64,000 nt of DNA, taken from NCBI RefSeq assembly GCF_009914755.1, contig NC_060935.1; one strand, 5' to 3'. Shown piece by piece: positions 26,126 to 40,768 of this stretch. The position numbers and the translations under genes are program-made. The notes under the pieces are model-generated. The model ran no database searches. It was not told where the DNA came from and saw only the letters and a program-made list of their open reading frames with translations. This DNA is from the human T2T-CHM13v2.0 reference genome, Homo sapiens. Numbering within the stretch: the first letter of the stretch is position 1; every line of letters starts with the position of its first letter.

Positions 26126-27229
26126 AAATCAATAATGTCAATCTCTTGGATGTGTGACTTTTTTTCTATAGAAAATTCCTATGAGTGAAATTACTCGAAC
26201 CAAGGTTAAAAATCTGTTTAATACTCTTCATATGAAAAGACAAATTGTTTTCTTAAAATGTTAAATATTTTGCATTCTTACCAGCAACATATAAGTGTAC
26301 TTAGCCCACTACATATTTTTTCATGTTAAATTTTACATATAAGTAGTCTTCACTAATTGATAAGGTATAAAATTTGCCTATTTTAATTTGCTTAAGTAAC
26401 TTGTCCACAGTTTTCTTATTGATTTGTTGAAGTTTTTTTACAGGTTAGGAACACGGAGACTTTGTTATATTTGTGGTAATAACTTCTTTTCAATTTGTTA
26501 TTTGGCTTCTAATATCTGCATGGCAGAGATTTTTAGAAAGAGAAATATTTAAAATATTTGTATAGTGAAGGATATCTTTTATTTTTTTTTCCAGTGATTT
26601 TTACTGTTAGGATATAATTTTCTATTCTCATTGACGTCTTTGCTGTGCATCATACAGTTCAATTTAGGTAACAATTTATATATTTTATGTGTTTTGTCAC
26701 TCTATATGTTTAACTTTAACAATAAATGTCAAACTTATCTTTACATGTGAAAATGATGATATTTCAACTTTTGTCAAAGGTACCATTTTTCTAGCAATAT
26801 TTTAAAGTAATCCTTTCATTTTCTATTATTTTACTACCTTCATCAGACATGTTCTAGTAAGCTATATTTTGGCTAACTCTTCAGTTCTAGCTTCTTTCTC
26901 CTCTTTACTCTTTTGGAAGACATTTGATTCTATCATTCACATCTTAATAGCTCACTTGTAATTTGATTGTGAATATATTTAACTGATAAATTAATTTGTA
27001 ATTTGAGCATTTTTTACAATACTCAGCCTTGCCTTCCTGAACATGGTGCATGACTATACTTCTGGAACCTAGTCTCAGTCAGTTTTAAAATGAACATTCC
27101 ACACCATCATTCTAAGCTGATGCCTTGCCTCACACTTCACTAGAACAGAAGCAGTTGGCTACAAAGCCCTCTTCAAATCCTCCACATATCTGTGCCTGCG
27201 TGTACACTTCCTGTTTTCCCTCATTATAA

Positions 27230-27320
27230 CTGCTTGAACCCGGGAGGCAGAGACTGCAGTGAGCCGAGATTGCACCACTGCACTCCAGCCTGGGCAACAG
27301 AGTGAGATTCTGTCACAAAA

Positions 27321-27375
<55 letters not shown>
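27230..27375 (+). mobile_element. 5'-truncated Alu right-arm fragment with (TAAA)n tail
   Basis: gcttgaacccgggaggcagag...gagtgagattctgtc followed by a (TAAA) array. Confidence 0.9.
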
Positions 27376-27916
27376 AGTAAGAAGTCTTTGCATGACTCCA
27401 ATCCCCCTCAGTAACTGTAGCATTATTTTCAGCTTCTCTTCACAGGAAAAAAAAAAAATACAAAGGGAACACTTATGCCCATTTTCTCCTCTGCTGATCT
27501 TCTATTCGCATCTTAACACACTTTCAATCAAGCTCTGGTCTCTTTCTATGGACCTGTTCTTTGTGAAAATTATCATTAATGTGCTAAATAAAATGTCTAC
27601 CTCCATATTCTCCTTCATCAACCTTTCAGCAACATTGATATAATTGACCTCACCCTTCTGTTGGGAAATTTTTCTTCTTTTGGCTTCCAGACACCACACA
27701 ACTCTGGCTTGCTTCTTTAATCCCTAACCTTTTTTGCCTTATTGGATTCGTTTTTCTTTCTGAATGTTTCCACATTCAGATGATACAAACATGGACTTCC
27801 CTGTCTTCTCAATCAAGAATCTCTTCCTGAGTAATTTCATCCACTTACATAGATTTAAGTTCTGTCCATATGCTTTTGAGTCCCAAAGACCTCACTACTT
27901 GTATAATCCACAGACT

Positions 27917-28109
<193 letters not shown>

Positions 28110-28110
<1 letters not shown>

Positions 28111-29003
28111 CAACGAGATATCACGTCTTGCCTGTTAGTATTATTTTTGAAAACCAAAAAAGTCAAAGCAAAACAAGTGTTGGTAGGTATGGGGAGAAAA
28201 TGGAACCTGTGTACACAATTCATGGGAATGTAAAATGGTACAGCCATTATGGAAAACAGTATGGAGGTCTAAAGATTCAAACTATTACTACTGTATGATC
28301 CAAGATTCCCACTTCTGACTATATATCCAAAGGTAATTAAATCGCTGTTTCCAAGACATATTTGCACTCCATGTTTATTGCAGCATGATTCACAATAGAC
28401 AAAATATTGGAAACAACCTAAGAGTCTATCAACAGACCAATGGATAAAGAAAATGTGGTCTATTTATACAATAGAATATTATTTACCCTTAAAAGGGAAG
28501 GACACTCTGTCATTTGCAATGAAATAGACCAACCTGGAGGACATTATGCTATGTGGAATAAGCCCAACACAGAAATACAAATGCTGTCTAATTTTGCTTA
28601 ATGCGGAAGCTAGAAAAGAGTCTAACTCAGTAATAGAGAGTACAGTGGTGTTTGCCAAGGGTTTGGGGTGACTGTGGGAGGAAATGAAAAATATTAGTCA
28701 ACAGATACAAACTTTTATTTTTAAGATGAATAATTTCTGAGGTTCCAACATATAGCATGGTGACTGAAGTTAATAAAAATGTGTACTTGAAATTTGCTGC
28801 AGAAGTAGATGTCACGTGTTCTCACAACACACACGCACAGAGGGTAAGTATGTAAGGTGATTGATATGTTGCTCTGTTAATTAGCTTGCATGTGGTCATC
28901 ATTTCACAGGGTATACGTATATCAAATCATCACACTGTATACCTTAAATACATTCTAGTCATATTTGTCAACCATATCTCAATAAAGTTGGAAAAAAAAG
29001 AAA
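28110..29003 (+). mobile_element. L1MA/MB 3' end
   Basis: gagatatcac...gggaatgtaaaatggtacagcc...aatcatcacactgtataccttaaata...ctcaataaagttggaaaaaa. Confidence 0.85.
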
Positions 29004-30179
29004 ACTATGGGCAAATTATACATAATAATAAACATAAAAAATCATTTGAAAACATTTCTAAAGCTGCTTTGTCTTCATTACAGGAATGTAAAATATTACC
29101 TCTGCTGGAATATGAACTACACCCAGGATTTGAATAGTACAAATTAGATGAGACGACTTGCAGTGTAGAGCCCTCTAGGCTTTCAGCCTAGAACAGGAAG
29201 GAACGCAGAGTAATGACAGCAAACAGTGAAGCTATAGGATAATAATTCCTCCTCAGTGACAAGAGGCCCCACCACTGCTTTGGACTCCAGGAAGCACTCA
29301 GACATTAACATCTGTGAAGTGTGCCCTGCATGCTAAGAAAAGGGTGAACTGACAGACCCTTCTGTCCATCAAGTCATCCACAGCCTAGTTATTTCTGTCT
29401 CTGCTGCTAATTGTGCCAAAAGTAACCATAAAATCTGGAGTCAACTGCTAGAAGTTTTGCAAGAACAAAGGCCAAGGAGATGCACTTGTGTCTTGGTGAG
29501 TAGCCAAAGTTAGCTGCAGGGAGCTGAAGCAAGGGACTGAAAAAATGAGAAGTCTTAGAAAATGTTCTCCAGTCCTTGAGGATCTGAAGGCCTATGTGTG
29601 ACTGATATTTGGTGGAGAAGAACGGACCTAGCTCTTTCCCCACTCCAACCAACCAAAATCTTTGTTGAAAGGCATATTGTGTATTGTCACTAATTCTGGG
29701 AAGGCGGGGGCCATTGGTTTTCATGAAGTGTGACTATGAAACATGAAAATCACACAAGGCAATCTTGATCTGAGGAATGCTTCTAAGAGAAAATGAATAC
29801 ACCTGCCCTATAGGCCCGCTTCTCTACCAAGCACACGGAGATGTCCACTTATTCTTGCTGGCACCAAATGGTGATATTCAAAAGAGCTGGCATAATTTTT
29901 TAGAGTTGCTAAGTATATAAAGCACTAACTTTATCAATTTTGTTAATTATACTTCACTTCATCTCTGTCTTATCAATTAGCTAAATAAAAACAGCATCAA
30001 TTCATGAATATCATGATAATAAAAAAATTCAGGTAAATATTCAAAAAAGTCAAGTGTTAGCTGTACATATTATTGTAACTATAAAGGAAGGGAAAATATA
30101 TCTTTATTTTATGAAAGCCAGTAAAATAAATCAAACTTCTCTTAAAATATTTGGTAAGGAAAAACTAACAACGTGTTTC

Positions 30180-30480
30180 TTTTTAAAATAAACTTCTAAA
30201 TTTTGGAACAATATTAGGCTTACAGAAAAATTGCAAAGATGCTAAAGAGAGTTTTTCACACACCCATCTCTCAGTTTGTTTCTTCTAATATATTCATCCT
30301 TCATTAGCATACATACTTGTCAAAATAAGAAACCAAAATTGATACATCACTGTTAAACTATTCAGATTTTGCCATTTTATTCAGATTTTATTATCTTTTC
30401 TGTTAGTATTACTTTATGTTCCAGGGTCCAATCCAATATACCGTACTCCATATAGGTATCTTGTCTCTTTGACAAGCTTT
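30180..30480 (-). mobile_element. Old L1 (L1MC/MD-like) 3' fragment
   Basis: ttttggaacaatattaggcttacagaaaaattgcaaagat motif. Confidence 0.5.
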
Positions 30481-31029
30481 GATCTGATATTTCTCAGTCT
30501 TTACTTGTTCATAACTGTAAGGGTTTTTTAATGAAGGGAAATAGGGTTTACAGAGCTGCAGAACAATTGTTATTTTTAAAATGCTGTTTATCAAGAAGGA
30601 TTTTTGTTTCCTGATCCTGGTCAATGTGATGTTTTAGCAAACAGTGAAATACACTGGCTTATTAGTCTCAAATAAAAATTGTTAATCACAATCTAGAATT
30701 CACCTGTACAAGGTTTGTAGTGGACAAAAAATTAAAATAAGGACAAAAAGGAAAATTAAGAATGTGCTGTGAAGAAACTTAAAAGGCAGACTGAGAAATC
30801 TGGAGTTTACTCAACATTGGAAACCACTAGACACCTGGAGCACAGAAGTCATTTATATTAATCCTCACTTGCCTGTAGTTGTTAGTTGCCTCTGGCCACT
30901 CTGAATAACCCGGGTAGATCCAGTACTCCCACCTCTTGTACTGATGCAAGAGACTAGAAGCTTCTCCAGATACTGTATTAGCAAAGGGGAATTATAAAAG
31001 ACTTGTATTATCTAAGCAATACTTTGAAA

Positions 31030-31240
31030 GACCGGCAGATTACAAAGATGGTCGAAAACAAACAGGATCAAATGGAACAAGGATAAAATAAAGTTCTACA
31101 TCTACGTTTATGGGAAAAATCAGTTACATAAATGGAGGATGGGGGATACTTAATCTGATAATCAATACTTCACATGAAAAAGTTTACAAAGTTTTGTGAC
31201 CTCAATTTCAATATGAGTCCTGAGGGTCATATGTTCACTA
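31030..31240 (+). mobile_element. CR1/L3 ancient LINE fragment
   Basis: aacaaggataaaataaagttctacatcta...aaaaatcagttacataaatggaggatggggga resembles L3/CR1 ORF2. Confidence 0.45.
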
Positions 31241-33146
31241 AAAATTCAGTCCCCGTCTGGAGAGGTGTCAATCTCACCATAGTACATGGGACTCAAACTC
31301 ATTCGTGGTTTATTGAAAGGTGAGTATGTGAGGAATACTGTGCTAAACCCTATTCCAATACTTGAAATCAGAATTAGAGGTGTTTTAAAGCATTGGAAAA
31401 TAAAAGAAAAGCACAATGAAGAAATTCAACATTATGCTTTTACTTCCTATTAACTCGAGTTAACTTATAAAAGAGTTTATAAAAGAGTTGTAATAACAAT
31501 GCCTAGAGGAGGACTCTCCCATCCCTGATCACAACCCCATTTCAGAAACTTCTTCTACGGGGACACTTCGACAGTAGATTTTTGATGAACTTTATATCCA
31601 GTCATTTAAAAAATTATTACAACAAGATACTTATACTGTTTAGGCACAAATAGATATGCACATTATATTAAAACTTTTAATAAGTATGGGCTAGCAAATA
31701 ATGCATGATATCCTTGGTAATATCCTTTTGTAAATTTTATTAAGTAACATACAGCAATAAAGTTAGATCCCACATCTTGAGCAACAGTTGGATCCATATC
31801 TGGAGATAGAATCTTCACTGTCTTCAGAGTTCTGGTTGTCGGGTGACAGTAGGGAGCTAAATTTCTGAAAATCATACTGACATACCCTGTATCCATCTCC
31901 CTGTCCAGATAAATAAAGTTATATATAATATGGGCTAAGAAAAAAAGCATTTAAATAAATATATTGATGGCAATGCTTAGCCACAGAATGCAATTTACAG
32001 GTGTAAGCAGTCCAGCATTATCTAGCCAGCATTTTAGTCATATTCCTTCTAGTCTTGTTTAAACAAGCAAATATGGCTGATATTTTTGATACTGTTATAT
32101 AACATAATATTTTTATTAAGTTAGAAATATTTTTTCTTTCATTAACTCTATTTAGATCACTTTATTTCAATTTCTGCATAGTTTTCCATGTAACATATGA
32201 GCTACAATTTATTTGACCAGTGCCCTGTTTGCGAAAGTTGAGCATATTTTGCTTATTTCCTTTCCTTGTTTCTGTATTTATAAGTAAAAGTGTCTATCTG
32301 CACAAATCTTTCCGAATCAGAATGGTTGCAATATTTTTAGGATTTGTAATACATATTTTCAAAATTTTTTTCTGGCAAGGCTGAGCCAATTTGTATCTCT
32401 CTGCATACTAGTAAAGTATGAGGGGTTTACTTCCTGCACCTGCCAACCCCACATATAGGCATGACACACATGCCTTGCCTACATGGTTCCAAACTATATT
32501 CATTCATTATACATATTCATAGCCATCATGCACTAGATACTGTTCCTGCCCATGGTAATAAAAGGATGTAAAAGAAAATCTGATCCTGTCACCATGGTGC
32601 TTATAGTCTAATCAGGGAGACAGAGTATTGATGAAACAACTGCACTCAGCCACTAGTTCAATGTGGACACTGACCACAGTAAATTTGAAAATAAACCTAG
32701 AAACCATTATGTTTTGATAGGTGATATGTTCCCAAAACAAAAATTCCTAGTTTCTTATCTCCTTGCCTTGTAACACACGCTAGAATGATATCTCCTGGGC
32801 CTCTGCTACCTAATAGAGATCTTATCAAAAAGTCTTGTGTTGCTTTTCCGTAATGAAGCCTGTGCTTCCTTGATTGGAACCTTGTCTATGCAAATTACAA
32901 AGGGACAGACAATAGTGGACCCAGCTCTATCCTGTATTTTATGGCCCTGTCCTGCAGAAATCCATTTTCTAGCTTGCAACCTATTCCTCTCTCTCCTCTT
33001 GGACTAGTTAAAGAAAGTATTCCTAGTTCCATAGTGATGCCTTTGAAACTCTGGCCCCCAATTTAGGCCCTAAGAACTCCACTGGACTTCATAGAACACA
33101 TTGATCCCAAGTTTAATAGCATTTTATCAGATTTCACACATCCCTT

Positions 33147-34130
33147 CTATACATTTCTGCTAGCTTTCTTGGGGTCAGGATCCTGGTGCTGGTACAGGTG
33201 CAGAGTACAGCATAGGGCTCTCTTGACCTCTTGATTGCGCAGGCAGTAAATGATGGGATTGAGCAATGGTACAATGACAGCATACAGTACAGAGACCAAC
33301 TTGTTGGTGTCAAAAGCTGAGAGTGCCTTTGGCCGAGCATAGATGAAGATACTGGCTGCATAGAAGATTATCACAACAGTGAGATGAGAGGCACAGGTGG
33401 AAAAGGCCTTATAGCGTCCAGCAGCCGAAGGAATGTGCATCACAGCACCAGTAATGGCCACATAGGAGGCCCCAGTGACAGAGAGTGGCCCTAGAAGAAT
33501 AAAAATGGCCAGGATGAAATCTGTAAGCTCTGCTGTGGACATATCAGTGCATGAGAGGTTGAGCAATGGAGAGACATCACAGAAAAAGTGGTTGATGATG
33601 TTGGGGCCACAGTAAGAGAGGCCAGAAATAAGAAAAACTTTGACCATGGAGATGCCAAAACCTCCAGCCCAAGAGCCAGCAGCCATCTGCACACACAGCC
33701 GGCCACTGACAATGACTGGGTAGTGGAGAGGATAGCAGATGGCCATATAGCGATCATAGGCCATAACAGCGAGAAGGACACACTCAGTGCAGCCCAAGCC
33801 AAGGAAAAAGTAGAGCTGTGTCATGCATCCCTCAAAGGAGATTAGCTGTCCATGATCCTGTTTGGATCCAACAAAGCCAGCAAGCATCTTGGGAATAGTG
33901 ACAGTGACATACCAGATCTCCAGAAAGGACATATTAGCTAGAAAAAAGTACATGGGTTTGTGGAGGGTAGAATGGTTCCTAATTGCCATAATGATGAGTG
34001 TGTTCTCAGTCAGCACCAACACATAGGCCAGCAGCAAAAGGGCAAACAATAGTACCTGTAGTGGCGCAGGAGCAGGGAAGCCCAGCAACACAAACTCACT
34101 CACTCTCCCACTATGGTTCCGCCACTCCAT
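33147..34130 (-). CDS. OR6A2: Olfactory receptor family 6 subfamily A member 2 (327 aa; orthologue of the rodent aldehyde receptor I7/Olfr2)
   Basis: [19 protein letters not shown] start; [40 protein letters not shown] motifs; I7-type ECL1 insertion SKQDHGQL. Intact ORF. Confidence 0.95.
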   Translation of the reverse strand: MEWRNHSGRVSEFVLLGFPAPAPLQVLLFALLLLAYVLVLTENTLIIMAIRNHSTLHKPMYFFLANMSFLEIWYVTVTIPKMLAGFVGSKQDHGQLISFEGCMTQLYFFLGLGCTECVLLAVMAYDRYMAICYPLHYPVIVSGRLCVQMAAGSWAGGFGISMVKVFLISGLSYCGPNIINHFFCDVSPLLNLSCTDMSTAELTDFILAIFILLGPLSVTGASYVAITGAVMHIPSAAGRYKAFSTCASHLTVVIIFYAASIFIYARPKALSAFDTNKLVSVLYAVIVPLLNPIIYCLRNQEVKRALCCTLHLYQHQDPDPKKASRNV

Positions 34131-37100
34131 GTCATTGGTCTCTCTTACTGCTCTTCAGGAGATGAGAGTAGAGAGTCTTCAGTAGGCCACAACAAGAACC
34201 CAGCCTTTCTCTTAATGGGCTTATATTGGTCGAATACCACGTAAGGAGTTCATGTAATTAATCACTGAGCTGAGGCCACTGCTCTCTTCTTTAATCTGGA
34301 AATGAGCTAAGGCAAACATACAAAAATAAATGTTTTTTTTTTTTTGGAAACAAGATAGGAAGGAGTCTGTTCTGACCTTTGGAGAAGCATGCATTGAGAT
34401 GCACTGGGGAAAAATGACACTATTTTGTCCCCAAAGAACATAGATCAAAACCAAAAAATTGAAAGAGTCTCGGCTGCCCTAAAATGAGAGTTTGTCTTTG
34501 AGTTGGATCATGACTCTGTTTTGAGGAAATAAGTTACACAATGGAGGAATAACAATCATATATAACACAATTGAGTTATTATTAGCACAGGCACTGTTAT
34601 TATTGCATGCACTGCTGTAAAACATTTGCAGTATTAATTCGCTTGATCTTAACAACAATCTTGTGGGCTAGTACTACTAATAGCTACAACTGTATGCCTA
34701 AAAAAACTGAAATATAGATTTAAGTGACTAATTCTGGGTTGCAGAAATAGCAAGAGGTGGAACTGGGAAGTCAGGACCTTGGAGCTTCCAAAATATTTAG
34801 GTGATGTAAAGGAGGGACTGTACAATACATCTTGGATGTACAGCTGGGAGAGAGAATCTTTGAGATCAGTTACAGAAACAGTTCCTTCCTGCCAGGAGGA
34901 AAGAAAGACAAAAGCAGAATACCAGAAGGTCACAGTACCTGTAGAGTGGAAGTCTGCAGAACCCAGTACTTACAAGGAAGACATGAGATTCACTAGGAAA
35001 TCAGATTAGGAAATGGATGCTGGATGGCAGAAAGACTAAGAATTACAAGATGCTGGAAGTTGTACTAAGTATCTTGAAATGAGGATAGAGTATCTTCCTT
35101 TAACATTAAGGCCCATATAAAAACATACATTTACTAGGATACTGTTTGTTTACCTTGGTATCAAAGATAAAAATTTCCCTTTCCCTTTAAAAACTTCAAG
35201 CCATTTTTGTGTCTCATGTAGACAAGAAGTTGGGATTTTTACATGGGAGTTGATATGAAGGAAGGGTTATTTTTACCCTGTTCCCCTGTACAGATATAGC
35301 ATTGGGAGAGAGTGTGGAGTTTAGAAAGGAGAATGGGGTAGAGTCAGCTGAGCATCTGGGTGCGATTTCTTCTCAGATTTCTTACCTTTTAGTCTTAAAT
35401 CTGTCCCTATGAGGTTAGTGGGGGCAGAATGTGCTCACAAATTAAAACAACCTGCTAATAATTTTATGCCTGACTTTCTCTTCTCTGTATGCTCTGCTAT
35501 CATTACTTGAGCATTACTCAGTACTTGAGCCCTTGAATTTCTCTTAATACTGTAATGCAATTACAAAATACCTATGACCCTGGCTTTCATTTCCCATCAC
35601 TCCTATTCTTACCATTCACACCCACAATTTTATTTATTTCAAAATTGATGGTTGATCGGCAATGCTCTAGACCATGGGCTAAGAGTTGTGGTATATAAAG
35701 GTTCACAGACACATGCTGAGTCTTCAGGATCTTATAATCTAGTTATAGGGGCATATCTTCACCTTCTCATCCCTGAAAGTTTAAGCTACATGCCTGTCCC
35801 AATGCCATACATGTACATACATAGATAAGTGGGAACATCAAACCTACAATTGCTGTTTATGACCTTAGCCTTGATCCTTTCTCCTCAATACCTACCTCAT
35901 AAACCCTTCTTTTTGCTTTTGATCCTTTTGGCCTCGGACCTTCATTCATATCCTTTGGTCACTTCAACCTTCATGTCTGATGCTCTGCATACTTGAAAAT
36001 AATAGCCTTTCACACATGGACTCCCAACTGATTTTTCTGCTTATAGTCTTACCCTTAAAGGTGAGATCTTAGCTCAAAACTGACCATTTTACTCTCCTTA
36101 AAACTTGTCCATAGTCCCTTTGTGTACACAATAAATGCTCAAATCATTTAGCCTACAGGTACAAGGCCTATAGGCACTTCATGATTTTGCCACTGCTTCC
36201 ACCTAAACCTTATTTCTTACCACAGTCTACACTGTATTTTATACCTTGCAGCTCTCAGCGCACACCATGTGTATCACCTCATAGCTTTCCTCATGCTGCA
36301 ATCTCCATGAGCATGGCTACATCCTATTTAGCCTTCAAGTCTTGGTTCATAAGGCTTCTATCCATAGAGACATTAGGTACTTTTTTTTTTTAAACTTTTC
36401 CCTTCACAGGTTCAGTGAGATTCCTGTGGTTACTTGTCTCATTAGAGTCCATGAAAGTCTATATATCATTTTGCTTGCTACATCCCTGCAGCTATTGATC
36501 AGGTGGATGTAAAGGAGGACCTCTGTAGCTGAAGTGGTTCCACACGTCCTTAATGGTGGAGTATGGAGTGGATATAATTCCATGGATGTCACAGGAGTTC
36601 CACAAATCTACTATGTCTAGAATAACCTTTCCCAAGCAAGTTATTCCTCTATTACAATAAATGGCATTAGCTTTCATACAGTCGCCTATGCAAGCCATCT
36701 GGAAGTTTCCTAGATATTCTGTACCCATCCACCCTTTCCCCCAACACACATCCCACACTTAACTAATCCAAGTTCTAGCTAAAATGCCTCTTTAATTATC
36801 TCTCATATCAGTCCCTTTTCTTCTGTCCTATTTCTACTGCCTTCCTCCTAGTTCCTCACAGCAGGTCATTGATATTCCTTGATTTAACTATTTTGATAGG
36901 ATCTTACCTGGTCTTTTTTCCTCCAGCCTGTACCCTCATCAATATAACTCCCACTTGTTTTCAGAGTCATATTTCTGTATAGAAACTGCTGACAACAAGA
37001 GCATCCAGTTTTTGAGAACACATACAAAATCCTCCAGTAAAGAATCAAAATGTATTTCCTTTTAGCTGTTATACAGCAATCTAATCATTGCCCACTATTT

Positions 37101-38949
37101 AACTTTTTAAAAACACGTCATGACGTTATATAACTCTGTAACTTTAAACATGTTTCTGTCAAAAACACCCACTCTCTTCCTAGGAATTTTTATCGTAATG
37201 TTTTAGTCCCTTAGTTATTACCCCTCCAAAATTACCCATATTTCTATACACTAGATTATTTGTTGCAGCATCTATCTCTCCTTCTGACAGTAGTTCCTGT
37301 TATAAGGTTTCACTTACTGATTATTAAAGGTTTATAATGTGGTTGCATGAATGCATGGCAAAAAGGAGAAAGGTATGATGTGGGCAGAACAGATGAATTG
37401 CAGATAACAGGAATGGAATATAAAGAAAAAAGTATATAAAAAGGATTTTGGTGGAAATGGTCAGGAATAGAGAATTTAAGTGGCTAACTGAGAATATGAC
37501 AGAGTTGGAATTATATGCAAGTAAAACATGCATTGATTGTAGATCTGCAGGGACCAGATAAAACATGAGGAAGTTAGATGAAGTGCAAGAAGATTGGATT
37601 TACATGAATAAGAGATATAATATTTGGGTAAAATGAACTTGCTATATAGACAATAAACCAATGAGAGATAAGGTGGAGATAACTAGAATGTTGAAAGGAT
37701 AGACTGGAAATGGATGATCAAAAATACTGTAGGGAGAACAGGTATATTATGAATAAATAAAGGACCAGCTATGAGAGGAAAAGATAAAGAAAGTGATATT
37801 AGTCTAAGTATCAACAGAATTAATATATGTGGAAAATATTGAGAGGTTTGGGATTTTATTAGGTATAGAGAGGAATAAGAAGATGGCTATATTAGACATA
37901 AGTAAAGAAAACTTGGGATAATTGACCACTTGAAGAGGAATCAGCAGATAACAGAATCCACTCACTTTATTCAGATGTCACTGACTCATCAAGGTCCTCC
38001 TGAGATGGCTGGGTTGGTTAGGAGAGGATTTAAAATGTATGCAAAAAAAGTTGAGTCATCGGGACTAAGAAAGATGATACAGAGATTCCACTTTCTCTTC
38101 CTCCCATAGATAGAGAACACTGCCAAGCTAGGAAAGATTCCTTTATCCTGTACCTCAATCCCTCAGTCCCCATTTTTCCCTCCTCCTTCTGATGCTTTGA
38201 GATGTCTCTGAGGCAGAAGCTCAAGAGACCAAAAGAGATACAAGAGAGAAAAAAAGGCTGGGGCAGAGGACAGGGAAGGGGAATGTTTGGAAAGCTCAGG
38301 CCATAGGGTTTTGTCAGGAAGTTTCATGAAAGAGAGAATGTCAAGATACCCCTACGAACTCATACTTCCCTCTCTTGCCTTCCTGTTCCTTGTCAGTCTC
38401 CCCTTTCTATCATGTCATACTCCTGTTCAAAAGAAAGACACGGGCTGATATTCTAACTCAGATATATAATTTTGGGCAATTTATTTAACCTCTTTGGCCC
38501 TTACATTCCTAATCTACATAATAGGATTCATATGCCTGACAGGATTGTTGAGAGGAGTAAATGTCATTAATATATGTACAGATCCTGGAACATGACAGGG
38601 GCTCAACAATACTAGACAGTTCCTTCTTTATCTCCTGATGCCATATAGGTGACACTCATTAACTCCATGATGTCATACAAGGAGCACTGAATTGAGAGTT
38701 AGGGTTTCTGGGTTTGAGTTCCATGTTTGCATTGGATTTTTTTTTTTAATTTGGGGTTTTGTTGTATATGTTTGTTTTCCATATAATGATATCTATATAT
38801 ATTATGAAAATAACATACATGATAAGCATTTTAAGTTTGTGACAAGATTTGGCACCCTACTCAATCCACAGTATTCTGTGTCATATTGAGGTCCAGCAAA
38901 TTAATTACATGGGATTCACAGTCACATTGTAATTCACATCTGTAATGAA

Positions 38950-40768
38950 AGTAAATACTTTCATTACAAAAGGAAAAAAAAAATTAGCCAAAAGAAAGCA
39001 GCTACAGGCCCCATGAAAGTCTGAAACCTAGCAGAGAAGTCTTTTAACCTTAAAGTTCCAGAATAATCTCCTTTGACTCCATGTCCCATATCCAGGACAC
39101 ACTAGTGTGAGGGCTAGGTTCCCAAGGCCTTGGGCGGCTTCACCCCTGTGGCCTTGCAGGGTCAGCCCCCACAGCTACTCTCATGGGTTGGTGTTGAGTG
39201 CTTGTGGCTTTTCCAGGCACATGATGCAAACTGCTGGTGGCTCTACCATTCTGGGTTCTGGAGAAGGGGACCCTCTTCTCACAGCTTCACTAGGCAGTGC
39301 CCATGTGGGTTCTCGGTGGTGGCATCAACCCCACATTTTCCCTCTGCACTTCCCTAGTAGAGGTTCTCTGTGAGGGCTCTGCTCCTGTGGCAGGCTTCTG
39401 CCTGAACATCTAGGCTTTTCCATATATCCTCTGAAATCTAGGTGGGGGCTCCCAAGCTTCAACTCTTGCATTCTGTGCACCTACAGGCTTAACACCACTT
39501 GGAAGCCACCAAGGCTTATAGCTTGCACCCTCTGAAGCAGTGGCCTGAGCTGTACCTGGGCCCCTTTTAGCCATGCCTGGAGTTGAAGCAGCTGGGATGA
39601 AGGGAGCACTGTCCCAAGGCTGTGCAGAGCAGTGGGAACCTGGGTATGGCCCTTGAAACCATTCCCTCCTAGGCCTTTGGGCCTGTGATGGGAGGGGCTG
39701 CCACAAAGGTCTCTGAAATGCCTTCAAGTCTTCTCATTGTCTTGTCTATTAGCACTTTGCTCCTCTTTACATATGCAAATTTCCACAGCCTGCTTGAATT
39801 CCTTCCCTGAAAATGGACTTTTCTTTTCTACCACATGGTCAGGCTGCAAATTTTCCAAACTTTTATACTCTGCTTCCCTTTTAAATATAAGTTCCAATTT
39901 CACATCATTTCTTTACTCACACATCTGAGCATAGGCGATTAGAAGCAGCTAGACTACATCTTGAACACTTTGTTGTTTAAAAATTTCTTCCAGCAGATAC
40001 CCTAAATCATCACTCTCAAGTTCAAAGTCCCACAGATCCCTAAAGCAGGGGAACAATGCAGCCAACCTCTTTGCTAAAGCATAGCAAAAGTGACCTTTAC
40101 TCCAGTTCCCAATAAGTTCTTTATTTCCATCTGAGACTTCCTCAGCCTGGACTTCAACATCCATATCACCATCAGCATTTTGGTCACAACAATTTAACAA
40201 GTCTCTAGGAAGTTCCAAACTTTCCCTCATCTTCCTGTCTTCTTCTGAGCCCTCCACACTCTTCCAACTGTCAGGCCTCTGAGCCCAGGCTAAGCCATCA
40301 TATCCCCTGTGACCTGCATGTACACATCCAGATGGCCAGTTTCTGCCTTAACTGATGATATTCCACCACAAAAGAAATGAAAATGGCCTGTTCCTGCCTT
40401 AACTGATGACATTATCTTGTGAAATTCCTTCTCCTGGCTCATCTTGGCTCAAAAGCTCCTCTACTGTGCACCTTGTGACCCCCACTCCTGCCCGCCAGAG
40501 AACCCCCCTTTGACTGTAATTTTCCTTTACCTACCCAAATCTCATAAAATGGCCCCACCCCTATCTCCCTTTGCTGACTCTCTTTTTGGACTCAGCCCAC
40601 CTGCACCCAGGTGAAATAAACAGCCTTGTTGCTCACTCAAAGCCTGTTTGGTGGTCTCTTCACATGGATGCGAGTGAAACCAACTTCTGCCCACTACCCA
40701 GTTCCAAAGTTCCTTCCACATTTTCAGATATCTTTATAGCAATGCCCCACTTCTCAGTACTAATTTTC
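38950..40768 (-). mobile_element. MaLR internal sequence (MST/THE1-int), truncated, 3' LTR missing
   Basis: atctcctttgactccatgtccca...ctctgcacttccctagtagagg...ccccacttctcagtactaattttc, directly abutting the MSTA LTR. Confidence 0.85.
40269..40679 (+). mobile_element. LTR7 (HERV-H) solo LTR
   Basis: tgtcaggcctctgagccca...gccttaactgatgacatt...gaaataaacagcc...gtgaaa. 5-bp TSD ccaac at 40264-40268 and 40680-40684. Confidence 0.93.

Noticed and set aside
35140-38330. OR6A2 5' exons and promoter (donor-like sites on the minus strand near 35154, 35387 and 37965)
   Set aside because: Plausible, but no paralogue footprint or clear O/E-homeodomain cluster lets me fix them from sequence alone.
39107-40257. 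ORFs of 75-105 aa in the GC-richer block
   Set aside because: Degenerate MaLR internal sequence.
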